A stretch of 64,000 bases of DNA, from contig CM059432.1 in assembly GCA_030390025.1 (NCBI GenBank), forward strand, positions 129,644,001 to 129,708,000, written 5' to 3'. Below the pieces are notes generated by a model that had not been told where the DNA came from, ran no database searches, and saw nothing but the letters and a program-made list of their open reading frames with translations. This document shows positions 63,203 to 64,000 of this stretch, piece by piece. The stretch's first letter is position 1. The number at the start of each line of letters is the position of its first letter. The position numbers and the translations under genes were made by a program. The stretch is from Squalus acanthias (lineage: Eukaryota).

Positions 63203-63559
63203 CTGCCATCACCACATGCAGACAGGAAGAGGGTCACCTAAACCAAGGCCATTAATTGCATATGAGGACAGGGCCCCGGAGATTATTAGTATGAAGGCAA
63301 TGGAAGAAGTGGGGGAGGTGAAGGCTGGATTTCCCCCCGCACCCCGCTCCCCCCACTCTCATGCCCCAAGCTCATGGCTAGAATTATAATTTGCTTGTCA
63401 TTCTTTATCTCCTTACCCACTCATCAACAAGCATACACTGGAGCATAACATGCTACAATACCCTGCCATGGGACAGGGGAAGCAGCCATGGCTGCATTGG
63501 ACATCTCTGGTCTTGCAGCAGCCATCCATTTAATCTTCTTGGCACTTGAAATAATAGTA

Positions 63560-63995
63560 CCATCTTAGCTTAGTGCAAAATTAATTAATTACAGCAACTG
63601 CTGGGGTAACAGGCATTCACGTGCATTATTTTGTACCTGTGGTCACAGCGAAGCTGAAAATGTATGGAGTGAAACCCCTTCTATTCGTGAAGGGGATGGC
63701 ATAGAGGGCAGGGACCCATATTTTGCATACATCCCATCAATAATACGCTGCATTTTGGAAAATCAAGCCAGCAAGTAATAAGTGCAGGGATGCCTCATGT
63801 TGCTGTGTGTTTTCCATGGGGAAGAAGCTGAATTCACTGACCAAGGCAAACAAACCATCTGTGGTATGGATGATGTAACTGTGAATTGCATTTGGGAGAT
63901 TTGGCAGATATCTCCTGCTGTTGCTTGTATGGACTCAATGGCATCAAAAGATGTCAGGGCAGTGGTTACATGAACAGACAGTGACAGAGCCACCC
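63560..63995 (-). pseudogene. Harbinger transposase relic
   Basis: Minus strand LSVHVTTALTSF...IQATAGDICQISQ, then IIDG (about 63735) and TNRRGFHSI (about 63665-63690). Confidence 0.75.
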
Positions 63996-64000
63996 CTGCC

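Noticed and set aside
59980..63215. TSD flanking the tRNA-headed LINE
   Set aside because: No convincing direct repeat was found at the two ends, so the element boundaries remain approximate.

Overview
Eukaryotic, non-coding (intronic or intergenic) DNA, almost certainly from a cartilaginous fish (shark). This is inferred from the repeat complement: HE1/V-SINE, SacSINE1-like Deu-domain SINEs, HER1/CR1 LINEs, L2, RTE and many PIF/Harbinger relics. I found no credible host protein-coding exon, functional RNA gene or CRISPR array, and almost every ORF in the track is a transposon fragment, an antisense shadow of one, or a microsatellite artefact. The window is a mosaic of nested mobile elements plus a 3.6 kb GT/GGGG satellite. 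The best lead is at 59.2-63.2 kb. A near-full-length APE-RT LINE with no ORF1 starts with a tRNA-derived (Pol III-type) head carrying a duplicated anticodon arm. It lies head-to-head with a ~480 bp SINE built from that LINE's 5' end fused to its 3' end. Also notable: a twin-primed (5'-inverted) RTE insertion with a perfect 12-bp TSD, two independent solo LTRs of one family with their own 4-bp TSDs, a three-level nested insertion and a doubly palindromic MITE. All alignments were done by eye. Family names come from recognition, not database searches, and boundaries without TSD support are approximate.
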